From Deinococcota bacterium (lineage in GTDB: Bacteria; Deinococcota; Deinococci; Deinococcales; Thermaceae), in contig JBGFRI010000033.1 of assembly GCA_041695225.1 (NCBI GenBank), positions 1 to 36,916 of the forward strand: 36,916 bases of DNA, read 5' to 3'. Positions within the stretch are counted from its first letter, which is position 1. Each line of letters starts with the position of its first letter. The notes under the pieces were generated by a model. It was not told the DNA's origin. It made no database searches and worked only from the letters and a program-made list of their open reading frames with translations. Shown one piece after another: positions 1-9,625 of the stretch. The position numbers were made by a program, and so were the translations under genes.

Positions 1-960
1 GCGCAAATTGACCGCTTCCCTTATGTCTGGTGGCTGGTTTTGACCTATGGGCTGATTGGCGGGCTGGGCGGCGCGTTTGCCTACTGCGTTGCGGTTCCCA
101 CTGCCAGAAAGTGGTTTCCCGACAGAACCGCCTTCGCCATAGCTCTGGCTGTAACTGGTTTTGGCCTGGCGGCCGTTATTTTTGCGCCCTTGATAACCAG
201 GCTGATTGATACCACTGGCATCCCCAACACTTTCCTTGTGCTGGGCGCTATCTCGGTTGCGGTGTGTTTGTTTGCGGCCTGGCTTCTCAGAGAGCCCCCG
301 GCAGGCTGGGCTCCCTCCGGCAAGGAAGGCCAGCCCCTGGGGTCTATCACCATGTTTGCCTCCAGGACAGAGTCTACCCTGAGAGAGGCCTTGCGGCAGC
401 CCCTGTTCTATTTGCTGTGGCTGGGGTTTTTTAGCGTTATGTTTGGAGGCTTACTGGCCATGGCCCACATGGTACCCTACGGGGTCAGTATTCTTGAACT
501 GGAGCGACCAGCTGCGGCCATCGCTCTGGTTTTTTTTGCTTTGGCCAATGGTTTCGGCAGGCCGATTGCCGGCCTGATTGCCGAAAAGGCCGGGCCAGTA
601 AATGTGATGCTGGGTACCTACATCATAATAGGAGTAGCTTTTCTGCTGTTCAACAGCCTGGCTACAACTCCACAGACCCTGTACCTCTTTGCGTTTATTT
701 TTGGCTGGGGCTTTGCAGTTTCGCTTGCGCTCTTTCCCACTCTGACCACCATCGCCTTCGGGGTTACCAATCTGGGAGCCGTTTATGGAGCCGGGGCCAC
801 AGCTTTTGCGGTTGCCGCCTTTTTTGGCCCCATGGTTGGAGGCTGGGCCTACGATTTACACCAGAGCTATGTTCTGCCGTTTGCTATCGCCGGAACGTTC
901 GCCCTGGTGGGGTGGGTCATCTGCCTGCTGGCTTACAAGCTAAAGTATAGGCTGCCCTAG
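1..960 (+). CDS. MFS transporter, OFA/oxalate:formate antiporter-like; 5'-partial
   Basis: Frame is open from base 1. Motifs TYGLIGGLGGAFAY, KWFPDR..FA..LAVTGFG, ANGFGR and FG..NLGAVYG; many TM segments. Confidence 0.85.
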   Translation, partial: AQIDRFPYVWWLVLTYGLIGGLGGAFAYCVAVPTARKWFPDRTAFAIALAVTGFGLAAVIFAPLITRLIDTTGIPNTFLVLGAISVAVCLFAAWLLREPPAGWAPSGKEGQPLGSITMFASRTESTLREALRQPLFYLLWLGFFSVMFGGLLAMAHMVPYGVSILELERPAAAIALVFFALANGFGRPIAGLIAEKAGPVNVMLGTYIIIGVAFLLFNSLATTPQTLYLFAFIFGWGFAVSLALFPTLTTIAFGVTNLGAVYGAGATAFAVAAFFGPMVGGWAYDLHQSYVLPFAIAGTFALVGWVICLLAYKLKYRLP

Positions 961-1483
961 AGGCCGGTAGGAACCTTTCTGCAATACTGCACTCGGTATT
1001 TGCTGCTCCACTGGTCAAGAGTTCGGGTTTGATCTGAGACTTGACAGCTAGGAGCACGGGCCAGTCCTGAAGGCAGCTCACCGAAGGATGCCCCTGGCCT
1101 GCCACTGCGCTCTGTCCGTCGGTAGATGCCAGGACGCCACGCAACATGACTTGGGACATCCTTTCAAGGGAACCGGCGAGGGAGCTGTGGCCTCATAGCG
1201 CCTTGCATGGGCTGCTCTGAGCGAAGTAGAGGGGTGTGATCCCCATGGAGTACCTCCAGACTCGCTACCCAGGCCTGGCCTTTAGGCCTCAGATGTGTCG
1301 AGTTGGGACGAATGTACTTGCAATAGAAGCTGGCCAGGGTGTATGCAGAAGACCAGCCGGGAACCCAGCATACAAAGCCCGGTCTGAACATTAGGGCGTC
1401 CGCTCGATACCGTGCGGAGGCGGCCTGCCTGGTCGAGCGGCCTCGAGACTCCCGCAGGCTGGTACGGGTCTATAGGAGGAATC

Positions 1484-2245
1484 ATGACGGGGCACATGAA
1501 AGACAAGGTAGCACTGGTCACTGGCGGCAGCTCGGGCATTGGCCGGGCGGCCGCCCTGGCATTCGCCCGGGAGGGCGCGAAAGTGGTGGTGGCTGACGTG
1601 CAGGTTGCCGGAGGCCAGGAGACGGTACGCCTGATCGGCGACGCTGGCGGCGAGGCGGTCTTCGTGCGCACCGACGTGGCCAGCCCGGTCGAGGTGCAGG
1701 CCCTGGTAGACCAGGCTGTGCAACGCTACGGCCGGCTCGACTGCGCCTTCAACAACGCCGGTATCGAGGGGACGCTGGCCCCAACTGCAGAGTGCAGCGA
1801 AGAGAACTGGAACCGCACCCTCGAGGTCAACCTCAAAGGCGTCTGGCTGTGCATGAAAGCCGAGATCGCCCAGATGCTCAAGCAAGGCGGCGGCGCCATT
1901 GTAAACACTGCGTCGGTGGCGGGCCTGGTGGGCTTCCAAAACCTGCCGGCCTACTGTGCCTCCAAGGGTGGGGTGGTGCAGCTTACCAGGACTGCTGCAC
2001 TGGAGTATGCCAAGATGGGCATCCGGATCAACGCGGTATGCCCGGGTGTAATCCGCACTGCCATGGTCGAACGCGTGACCGGCGGCAACCCCCAAACCGA
2101 AGCGCAGTTCGTAGCCATGGAGCCGGTGGGGCGGATGGGCACACCGGAGGAGGTGGCCGCGGCCGTGGTCTGGCTGTGCTCCGACGCAGCCTCATTTGTG
2201 ACTGGCCACCCTATGGTGGTGGACGGCGGCCTGGTCGCGGCCTGA
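1484..2245 (+). CDS. SDR family oxidoreductase (FabG/glucose dehydrogenase-like)
   Basis: TGGSSGIG, NNAG and YCASK motifs; AGGAGG RBS before ATG 1484. Confidence 0.93.
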   Translation: MTGHMKDKVALVTGGSSGIGRAAALAFAREGAKVVVADVQVAGGQETVRLIGDAGGEAVFVRTDVASPVEVQALVDQAVQRYGRLDCAFNNAGIEGTLAPTAECSEENWNRTLEVNLKGVWLCMKAEIAQMLKQGGGAIVNTASVAGLVGFQNLPAYCASKGGVVQLTRTAALEYAKMGIRINAVCPGVIRTAMVERVTGGNPQTEAQFVAMEPVGRMGTPEEVAAAVVWLCSDAASFVTGHPMVVDGGLVAA

Positions 2246-2468
2246 CCGCCACCGGTACTCTGAGGGCCAACCCCACTTCCAGGGCTTGCTCTGAGTGTAG
2301 CTTTAGAGCACGACCCCCAAGGGCTATCGTCTTTGGCGGTGCCGACGCCCGATGCTGCTTGGGGTTTGGCATGGTCACTCTCGAGAATCTGTTCTCCCCA
2401 ACTCTGCCGCCCGGGTCTGCTGCCCGAGGCAAACAGGGTGGCGCATCCACCCCAGGTTCCAAGGTTCT

Positions 2469-2675
2469 TTACCGCAGGGGCCGTTTGCGGGCTACCGGCG
2501 CAATTTTTCCGGAGGTGACGGCCTGACCCTGCTGCCTGGCCCAGAAATAGGCCATCTCTACCACTGCGCGCAGGCGTACTTCCAGGGGTAGGGCCTGCCA
2601 GCGCTGGCGCTCGAGCTCAGGTGACAGCTCATCAAAGCGGTACTTGCGGGCAATGGGAGCGATACGCGGCTTCAT
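2469..2675 (-). CDS. Small hypothetical protein, probable partner/antitoxin of the adjacent nucleotidyltransferase
   Basis: 68 aa; start overlaps the NTase stop (ATGA coupling); WQALPLEVRLRAVVEM segment. Confidence 0.7.
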   Translation of the reverse strand: MKPRIAPIARKYRFDELSPELERQRWQALPLEVRLRAVVEMAYFWARQQGQAVTSGKIAPVARKRPLR

Positions 2676-3097
2676 AGCAAACCTTCGATATCGCGTAGAT
2701 CGAGACTGCGGCCGAAGGCCTGCTTGAGACGAATAAAATCCTCGCGCGAGACCACCCGTACCACCACACCCTCGACCTGGTGGATTTGGCTGCGGCCATA
2801 AGCCCCCTCGAAATCGTTGTCTGGCAGTAATACCAGATCGATCCGGTTGGGCTCGTACCCCAGCTGTACCACACCTGGGGTGCTGAGATCCACAAGTGTG
2901 AGCCCCAGGTCATCCCCACCAAAAAACTCCTGAATGGCCGTGAGAATCTGGGCCGCCTCGCGGGTATCTACCCAGAGATCCAGATCCTTGGTATAGCGGG
3001 GCACTCCCAGAAAAGCCAGGGCATAACCCCCGATGATCAGGGAACGAGCCCCCTGGCTGCCCAGGGCCTCGACGAACTCGAGCATCTCGTGGGTCAT
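2672..3097 (-). CDS. Pol-beta-superfamily nucleotidyltransferase (DUF6036/DUF2204-like)
   Basis: IIGGYAL..LG.PRYTKDLDLWV motif and C-terminal K..GR..DL.D; likely start MTHEM at 3097. Confidence 0.85.
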   Translation of the reverse strand: MTHEMLEFVEALGSQGARSLIIGGYALAFLGVPRYTKDLDLWVDTREAAQILTAIQEFFGGDDLGLTLVDLSTPGVVQLGYEPNRIDLVLLPDNDFEGAYGRSQIHQVEGVVVRVVSREDFIRLKQAFGRSLDLRDIEGLL

Positions 3098-3367
3098 TTC
3101 CGGCACATCCACTAAACGTGCGCCAGGCACAGGCCAGGCTGTCCATAGCATACTCTCTGCGGGGCGGGCTTCCGTGGTGGCCCCAGAACCAGGCGAAAAC
3201 GCCCCTAGAGAACTGTATCTGACCTGCGATTCCGAGGCGAAAATAAGCTCGAGCCCTGTGGTTAAAAGGCTTTGCGCTATCGGGTGTGGTAGAGGCCAAA
3301 CGCCCCGTGCACCTCCTGCTAACATGTTTGTGTCTTGAGCTGGGAAAACGTTGTGCAGATTCAAGAC

Positions 3368-3408
3368 TAGGTTACGGCTTTGCCGGAATCGCGTAAGCGA
3401 CTCGCCTA
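3368..3408. repeat. 41-bp structured mini-element, copy 1
   Basis: Exact reverse complement of 33459-33499; TAGG...CCTA termini and two internal hairpins. Confidence 0.9.
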
Positions 3409-3564
3409 GATGACACGGCTGTTGGCCGGTAGCCGGTTAGACCGCTTCAGGTTGGCGTAAACGGCCTATCTCCGTGGGAACATTCCAGCCTTGTAGAAGT
3501 TTGTAGATAGGGGCCCTCGAGCTTGTTAGACGATGGTGACGGGGGTCTGGGAGGTAGCCCGAAG

Positions 3565-4503
3565 ATGAATCCCGTCGAAATACGAAATCTGACCAAGCAT
3601 TTCGGCCGGCTGGTAGCAGTAGACGATGTCTCGTTTGAGATAAGAGAGAAGGAAGTGCTGGGATTGCTGGGCCCTAACGGGGCAGGCAAGTCCACCATTA
3701 TTGACCTGATCGTCGGGCTGCGTAAGCCGACTAAAGGAAGCGTGCTGGTCTGGGGGCTCGAGTCAACAAAAAACGGGCTGGAAGTTCGCCGAAAAGTAGG
3801 CTACGTGCCTCAGCAGGCAGCGGTATTTGACAACTTATCGGTGCGCGAGAACCTCTCGCTGGCGGCTGAGATGTACGGTGTAGAGCACAAAAGGCAGCGA
3901 GTGACCGAGGTCATCGAGGAATACGACCTTGGAGAAAAAGCCGATAAGCTGGCCCACACCCTTTCCGGAGGGCAGAAGCGCCAGCTCAACTTCGCGTTAG
4001 GAAGCATCCCGGACCCGCCGCTGATGATTCTGGACGAGCCCACCGTCGGACTCGACCCCAGCCGCCGTCTGGAGGCCTGGGAGACCATCCGCCGCTTCCA
4101 GCAAAGGGGCAAGATCATACTACTGACCACCCACTACATGGAAGAAGCCGATGCGCTGTGTTCGCGCATAATCCTGATTGACCGAGGAAAACTAGTGGCT
4201 CAGGGGAGCTCAGAAGAGTTAAAGTCAACGCTAAGCGACGAACTGCTGGTTGAGTATAGCTTTGCTGAAATGCCTTCCAATGAGTTGGTGCAGCGGCTCA
4301 CTGGGCTCGAGGGTGTGCTAAAGGCCACAAACAAAGGGCTATCTCTGGAAATTACCCTGAAGAAACCTGCCCTGCCGCAGGTTCAGCAGACCGTCTACCA
4401 GAGCAACCTTCTAATCAAGAGCAGCAGCCAGAAAGAGATCACGCTCAACGACGTGTTTTTCCATTACACCGGCAGGCAGCTATTCAGGGATAAGGAGGGC
4501 TGA
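3565..4503 (+). CDS. ABC transporter ATP-binding protein (DrrA/CcmA-like exporter)
   Basis: Walker A GPNGAGKS, LSGGQ signature, ILDEPT, TTHYMEEA; GGAGG RBS. Confidence 0.93.
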   Translation: MNPVEIRNLTKHFGRLVAVDDVSFEIREKEVLGLLGPNGAGKSTIIDLIVGLRKPTKGSVLVWGLESTKNGLEVRRKVGYVPQQAAVFDNLSVRENLSLAAEMYGVEHKRQRVTEVIEEYDLGEKADKLAHTLSGGQKRQLNFALGSIPDPPLMILDEPTVGLDPSRRLEAWETIRRFQQRGKIILLTTHYMEEADALCSRIILIDRGKLVAQGSSEELKSTLSDELLVEYSFAEMPSNELVQRLTGLEGVLKATNKGLSLEITLKKPALPQVQQTVYQSNLLIKSSSQKEITLNDVFFHYTGRQLFRDKEG

Positions 4504-5241
4504 GTGATCAAAGCTGTGATTCTTGCCAAATATACGCTAAAAGACCTGTTCAGAGACAAGGCAAATTTACTCTGGATAATTGCGGTTCCGGTAGGGCTGA
4601 TAGTGGTGCAAAATTTAGCGGTCATGGAGATGGCAGACAGGGCCTTCAGAATCGCCGCTATTGTCTTGCTGTTTATGCTCATTTTCGGTTGTACCGGGGT
4701 CGGGCTGACCATACTGGATATGCGCAAGAGCGGCACCTTCCGCCGCATACTGATTATGCCCATCAGCCGGACAGGATTTTTCCTGGGCGTGGCCCTGGAC
4801 ATGGTCAGCAGATTGAGCATTATGGTGGGGCTGATATTTATCATGATGCTGGTTTATCGGATCAGTATCCCGGGGTCCTGGCTGGACTTGCTTTTTGTGC
4901 TTTTGGTTGCGCTGCTTTTTGCTGTGGCGCTTGGGCTCACCTATGTTACCTTCTCCAACAGCGTGTTTGGGATTATCGGCCTGGGGATTGCGCCCGCCAT
5001 TGTGCTCTTCCAGCTTTCTGACTGGCACCGCGGAGGGGCCTTCGCAGGAACCGGGCTGGTGGAGATAATGGCAGACCATAACCCGGTTTATCATCTAATG
5101 GGCATGCTTGGGGGCATCATATTTGAGGGTGCGCCGCTAAGCCAGTTCCACCCAGAGCTTGGCGCGCTATTTCTCTGGACAGCAGGGCTCTTCCTGACCG
5201 CGGTGGCGCTGTACCACTGGAGAGTCGAAAAGATGTTGTAG
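4504..5241 (+). CDS. ABC-2 type transporter permease
   Basis: Abuts the ATPase; about 6 TM segments; RKSGTFRRILIMPIS motif. Confidence 0.88.
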   Translation: MIKAVILAKYTLKDLFRDKANLLWIIAVPVGLIVVQNLAVMEMADRAFRIAAIVLLFMLIFGCTGVGLTILDMRKSGTFRRILIMPISRTGFFLGVALDMVSRLSIMVGLIFIMMLVYRISIPGSWLDLLFVLLVALLFAVALGLTYVTFSNSVFGIIGLGIAPAIVLFQLSDWHRGGAFAGTGLVEIMADHNPVYHLMGMLGGIIFEGAPLSQFHPELGALFLWTAGLFLTAVALYHWRVEKML

Positions 5242-5821
5242 CAAGGCCGCAGGTCTAGCAGCTGGATAGCTACCGCACTCACAAGTTTATACTGAAGCTC
5301 CTGGCAATGAAAGCAGAGAAAGTGATGACTGGGACTGGTAATGGCAGCTATGAACGATGCCTGAGTCTACCCATGCAGTAGAGGTCACATATTCCGTGCA
5401 TCACCACTAGTCGCCTGTTACAACGGTTGTGCCATTTGACGGGGAAAGGCCGTCTGGGTACAGGAAGGGCGTACCCAGAGGGGTGACGGGACCAAAGAGG
5501 AATTTGACCTTTGCAGGAGCAGAGACTCTTTGCCCAGCTGTGGGAACTTCAGACTAATCGCGCTCTACTGGGTTGCCACCCGGTAGCTGCACATCAAACC
5601 ACAACAACCTCAGCCGCTCTCACCCCCGATTCTGACGCATGGATTACCAATCCGTCAGCCATATATGTTGCTTGACCGGGAAACTAATCAACTCTAGAAT
5701 GTAGCGCAAGTACAAAAAGCTTCGGTTTTGTGGCTGACTCAATGCAAGCGCAAGAGCTTATGAATCACTTTTAGAAAAGGAGACGATTGGATGGAATACC
5801 TTTTCGGCATCTCGGCTTTTG

Positions 5822-5887
5822 AAATTGCGGGATATCTCCACAAGCGGGATGACATCCCGCAAGTTGCGGTTTAATCAATAGTTGGAC
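5822..5887 (+). other. Partial attC-like site (right half)
   Basis: Ends in GTTGGAC (R'), near-complementary to the next R'' GTCTAAC at 7094; homologous to 8302-8367. Confidence 0.55.
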
Positions 5888-5927
5888 GGCTCGTGATGCG
5901 TCCGGGCACAGAACAAACCTTGATAAA

Positions 5928-6521
5928 ATGACCAATGTGCGCCCATACATGGAAGTCGGTATTTTGACAGCACTAGTGGTGCTTACTCGGATAGCTGACG
6001 GCATCACCACACACCTCGCAACACCTGACCTCGCTCGAGAGCTGAATCCGCTAGCGAGCGGAGGGTGGCCTGTGTTGATTGCAGTTGCAGCCGTCGTTGT
6101 CGCCTTCTCGACCTATCTACACTACCAGCACTTGTTCCGTCCGGCGGACAACTTCCCCCCTGTCCCGGGTGCGGATCTGCAGGAATTCAAGAAGCACTAT
6201 TTCGACCCACGTGAGAACACCTTCCTCCGGGTTCATCCTTGGAGGCTCGCCGCCTACGTATTCGGCTACATAACCCCACGAACGCTGGTACTCTGGAGTG
6301 TCCTATTGGTCGCGAACAACCTTCTGACCGCCTTGCCTGTGGAGGGTTACGTCGAGTTCAAGCGAGCGTACCCGATCTGGATCGTGTTCTATCTCGCACT
6401 GCCAGTGATAGCAATCCTTCTCCTGGAGCGACTTCAGCGCCTGGACTTCGCCCGGTACCGCGCAAGGTACTTCGAAACCGCGGCAGGGGAAGGTGCTCGG
6501 CAAAACACGAGTTCCAAATGA
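5928..6521 (+). CDS. Hypothetical membrane protein (cassette gene)
   Basis: 197 aa, about 4 TM segments, D..TT...E.NPL motif; coupled to the next gene. Confidence 0.75.
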   Translation: MTNVRPYMEVGILTALVVLTRIADGITTHLATPDLARELNPLASGGWPVLIAVAAVVVAFSTYLHYQHLFRPADNFPPVPGADLQEFKKHYFDPRENTFLRVHPWRLAAYVFGYITPRTLVLWSVLLVANNLLTALPVEGYVEFKRAYPIWIVFYLALPVIAILLLERLQRLDFARYRARYFETAAGEGARQNTSSK

Positions 6522-7099
6522 CGCCTGTGATGGAACCGGATGGATGGGAGGTACTGGAGGATCGTTCCGTCTCCATGGAAGGCGCGCTGCTGTATCTTTT
6601 CCTGCTGGCTGGGCCATTGGTCTTGCTGCTGGGCGCTGTCTATTCGACGATCTGGGGCTGGAGCAACCTGCGCGTAGGCCTCGACGCGCTGCTTACCCTT
6701 CGCGTGGGCGGACCCGTGTTCGTCATCGGTATTCTGCTGCATGAATTCGTTCATGGCCTCACATGGAAGCTCGTCGGCGCACTTGCTTGGAGTCAGATTC
6801 GATTCGGCTTCCAGCTAAAAAGCTTCACGCCCTATGTGCATCCAGGTGTCCCGCTTCGGGCTCGAGCGTACAGAATCGGAACGCTGATGCCCCTGCTGGC
6901 CCTTGGGATGGCACCCTATCTTCTTGGCCTGGCGTTTGCGGAAGCACGGCTGGCGGCCTTCGGCATCGTCTTCACCTTTGTCGCGGGTGGCGATCTCGCC
7001 ATCCTCTGGCTGCTACGGGGCGTGTCGCGGGATGCCTGGGTACAGGACCACTCTTCCCGCGCCGGATGTCTCTTAGTTGCGCCTCGCGCCGTCGTCTAA
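6518..7099 (+). CDS. DUF3267-like membrane zinc metalloprotease (cassette gene)
   Basis: HEFVHG zincin motif, AGGDL and VQDH motifs; ATGA overlap at 6518; TAA stop lies inside the attC R''. Confidence 0.8.
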   Translation: MTPVMEPDGWEVLEDRSVSMEGALLYLFLLAGPLVLLLGAVYSTIWGWSNLRVGLDALLTLRVGGPVFVIGILLHEFVHGLTWKLVGALAWSQIRFGFQLKSFTPYVHPGVPLRARAYRIGTLMPLLALGMAPYLLGLAFAEARLAAFGIVFTFVAGGDLAILWLLRGVSRDAWVQDHSSRAGCLLVAPRAVV

Positions 7100-7159
7100 C
7101 AACGGTGTGAACCTGACAGTCGCCTTCGGCGCCTGCAGGTTACACTGGGGGCGTTAGTG
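7094..7159 (+). other. Integron attC site (canonical, 66 bp)
   Basis: R'' GTCTAAC; L'' TGT(G)AACCTG(A)CAG pairs with CTGCAGGTTACA with two extrahelical bases; R' GTTAGTG. Confidence 0.92.
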
Positions 7160-7229
7160 GACCTGCGCATGCTGTATTTGATCGAGATCGGTGACGTAAA
7201 TACTTTGTTCGCGGAGTTCTTGCCAAGGA

Positions 7230-7592
7230 GTGACCGTGCTTAGACGGTTTTCTCACGTCATGATGTACGTGACCGACCTCGACCGTGCGATCAAATGGTA
7301 TGGCGAGTACCTTGGGTTTGTGCCGCGCTTCGTGGTTCCCGGAGAGTATGCGTCGCTTCAGCACACGAGCCTACAATGCCGTATAGACCTACATCCCACC
7401 GAGGCCGGTGGTCGAGACGTTGGCTTTGCCCCTATTCCCTATTTTGAGGTTACTAAACTCGACGAGTTCCTCTCTTTCCTCAGAGGCAGAGGAGTCCGGG
7501 TCGGCGAGCCCAGGCGCGAAGGGGAGAGCCTTCGTTTTGTAACGATATGGGATTCGGAGGGAAACGCCATCGGCCTGGAAGAGGTGGACTAG
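7230..7592 (+). CDS. VOC/glyoxalase family protein (cassette gene)
   Basis: SHVMMYVTDLDRAIKWY..LGF and DSEGNAIGL motifs; AAGGAG RBS. Confidence 0.88.
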   Translation: MTVLRRFSHVMMYVTDLDRAIKWYGEYLGFVPRFVVPGEYASLQHTSLQCRIDLHPTEAGGRDVGFAPIPYFEVTKLDEFLSFLRGRGVRVGEPRREGESLRFVTIWDSEGNAIGLEEVD

Positions 7593-7616
7593 GAACGTTG
7601 AGTCGTCCCGCTGGCC

Positions 7617-7691
7617 ACCTAACCAGCGGATGAGCCTGACGCGTCAACTGTAGGAGCTAACTCTGGAAGCCAGGCATCGCGCAGGTTATCC
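7617..7691 (+). other. attC site with R' missing
   Basis: R'' ACCTAAC; GGAT(G)AGCCTG(A)CGCG pairs with CGCGCAGGTTATCC; no GTTRRRY at the expected spacing. Confidence 0.7.
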
Positions 7692-7791
7692 ACCCTACGG
7701 CGGCAGCTACCGGGCTGGCCCCTTACAGGAGTTGGAGTACAATTGGGCTGTAACATACATTAGGTCACGAGTGTATGTCGAGGATGATGTT

Positions 7792-8073
7792 ATGGCATAG
7801 CTCACCGCGTATCGCTATATCGTTACCGACGACCGCATTCTGAGTGGCGAACCGATTATCGGCGGCACCAGGACGCCGGTACGGGCGATTGTCGAACTCT
7901 GGCGGCAGGGGGTTACACCGGAGAGTATTCCCAGTCGTTTACCGCACCTGACGCTTGCTCAAGTCTTTGCTGCGCTCAGCTACTACAGCGACCATTAGGA
8001 TGAGATCAATGCCGCCATTGAGCGTAACCGGATTCCAGACAACTTGATTGACCCACTCTTTCAACCTAAATGA
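7792..8073 (+). pseudogene. DUF433 antitoxin pseudogene
   Basis: Hand translation MA*LTAYRYIVTDDRILSGEPIIGGTRTPVRAIVE...QVFAALSYYSDH*DEI; two in-frame TAG codons. Confidence 0.85.
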
Positions 8074-8105
8074 GTCGACTCTTCGTATAGCTCTATCTTG
8101 ATGAG
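8070..8105 (+). pseudogene. Truncated DUF5615-type PIN toxin start
   Basis: MSRLFV*LYLDE, coupled by ATGA to the DUF433 gene; similarity then ends. Confidence 0.6.
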
Positions 8106-8301
8106 GTGGTGGGCATATCCTCTGCTTGTCTACCCTTTTTATGGATGTGATTTTTGATGGAACCTGATAAAATCGCCAACAGGTACATATACAACTGCTC
8201 GGGGCCTCGAGCCAGCTGACCAACCCGGATGGCCTCCCGCACCGAGTCGAGAAAGGGGCAGGTTTTGGATGAATATAGTTTCGTCGGAGTTTGGATCCCA
8301 T

Positions 8302-8367
8302 AAATTGCGGCATAACATCCCTATTTGGGATGTTATGCCGCAGGTGCGGTGTAACTACTAGTTAGAC
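8302..8367 (+). other. Partial attC-like site containing a perfect 16-bp inverted repeat
   Basis: TGCGGCATAACATCCC-tattt-GGGATGTTATGCCGCA (8306-8342), then R' GTTAGAC 8 bp before the next ATG. Confidence 0.6.
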
Positions 8368-8375
8368 GGACCGAG

Positions 8376-8753
8376 ATGCGGAAGCAGTATCATTTCCGAC
8401 CTAGCGAGGCCGGCCTGAGGGCTTGGGACGTTGATCGGCTCGTTGCCTTGAGCAAGGGCCTTAAGCAGGAGCTCGTACCTCTGGCCGACTTCCGCGAGTT
8501 GGATGAGAAGTACTGGGGACCTTTGACTTGCCGGGATGTAGCCGAGCACGCCAAACTGATCAACGAGGCGGACTTGAGCTTCCCTGTCATCCTTTCCAGC
8601 GACGGGCGAGTCATGGACGGGATGCACAGAATCTTGAAGGCGGTGGTGGCAGGACATAAGTCAGTTCAAGCGGTCCGTTTTGTGACAGATCCGGAGCCCG
8701 ACTTCATCGGAGTAGAGCCGGAAGATCTGCCATACGATGACGAACTGAGGTAG
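8376..8753 (+). CDS. Small ParB/Srx-like domain protein (cassette gene)
   Basis: ADLSFPVIL...VMDGMHRILKA matches the ParB-N DGxHR motif. Confidence 0.75.
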   Translation: MRKQYHFRPSEAGLRAWDVDRLVALSKGLKQELVPLADFRELDEKYWGPLTCRDVAEHAKLINEADLSFPVILSSDGRVMDGMHRILKAVVAGHKSVQAVRFVTDPEPDFIGVEPEDLPYDDELR

Positions 8754-8827
8754 ACGACATGGTCCAGGTGCGAGCACTCCCGGCAGATCATTTCGAAGAA
8801 TCAGGGAGGAGGGCCTCGAAGCCAGCC

Positions 8828-8888
8828 GCTTAGCTAGCGCCTGCACCCGACCTCCTTCGTCGGCGGGTGAGGCGCCAAGCAGTTAAGC
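8828..8888 (+). other. attC site (61 bp)
   Basis: R'' variant GCTTAGC; GCGCCT(G)CACCCG pairs with CGGGTGAGGCGC; R' GTTAAGC. Confidence 0.8.
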
Positions 8889-8920
8889 TGCTGTCTCTCT
8901 TTTTTTGCTACAATTGCCAC

Positions 8921-9157
8921 ATGAAAACCGTTTCCGTGACCGCTCATTTTGATGGGGAGCGTATCCTTCTGGACGAAGTGCTCGAGCTCGAGCCCAATAC
9001 GAAACTGATCGTTACGGTTTTACCAGGACAAGACTCTGAACGTGCCCTGTGGCAATTACTCGCTGAGCGCAACCTTGCTGGTGCCTATGCAGATGATGAA
9101 GAGGGATACTCCCTAAACGATGTAAAAGTCGTCAATCCCGCATATGAAGGAAGGTGA
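8921..9157 (+). CDS. Putative antitoxin (AF2212/DUF104-like N-terminus)
   Basis: MKTVSVTAHFDGERILLDE.LEL.PNTKLIVTVL; overlaps the MazF-like toxin; TACAAT -10-like box just upstream. Confidence 0.75.
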   Translation: MKTVSVTAHFDGERILLDEVLELEPNTKLIVTVLPGQDSERALWQLLAERNLAGAYADDEEGYSLNDVKVVNPAYEGR

Positions 9158-9479
9158 TATCGTTCTGACCCCCTTGCCTCAGGCTGATGGAATGATTAAA
9201 AATCGCCCTGCTCTTATTTTACGTGAAATGCCATCCTATAGCGATGTGCTTGTATGTGGCGTGTCTACCCAGGTGCATCAAGAGGTTAAAGGTTTTGATG
9301 AAGTTATCGAGGCATCAGATTCGGACTTCCCATCAAGTGGTCTTAAAACCGCATCCCTTATCAGGCTAGGATTCCTAGCCGTCTTGCCTCGTAAGAGCAT
9401 CATGGGGTCCATTGGTTCGGTTGCCCCGGAGCGTCATAGGCGATTATTGCAAAGGCTGAGCGATTATCTTGTCCCATGA
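9144..9479 (+). CDS. PemK/MazF family toxin
   Basis: GDIVLTPLP.ADG..KNRPALIL and GLKTASLIR motifs. Confidence 0.88.
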   Translation: MKEGDIVLTPLPQADGMIKNRPALILREMPSYSDVLVCGVSTQVHQEVKGFDEVIEASDSDFPSSGLKTASLIRLGFLAVLPRKSIMGSIGSVAPERHRRLLQRLSDYLVP

Positions 9480-9482
9480 GCA

Positions 9483-9595
9483 GCTTAACCAGTTGCTGCA
9501 AGGGACGCAGCCTGGTTTTGTTCGAGACGCGCATTAGGCTCAAGCATGGTCTATCTTTCTTGTTCAAGCTGCGCCCCTGAGCTTGGGCGTTACGC
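9483..9595 (+). other. attC site (113 bp)
   Basis: R'' GCTTAAC is the exact complement of the upstream R' GTTAAGC; GCT(G)CAAGGG(A)CGCAGC pairs with GCTGCGCCCCTGAGC; R' GTTACGC. Confidence 0.85.
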
Positions 9596-9625
9596 ATCGG
9601 ATTTTCCACCGGGAGGACTCACGCA

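Noticed and set aside
3098..3364. N-terminal 89 aa of the 230-aa NTase ORF
   Set aside because: No family-like features; the recognisable domain starts near MTHEM.
7792..8105. Amber read-through or recoding to explain repeated in-frame TAG codons
   Set aside because: TAG terminates several intact genes here (e.g. 960, 5241, 7592), and the toxin is also truncated; ordinary decay is simpler.
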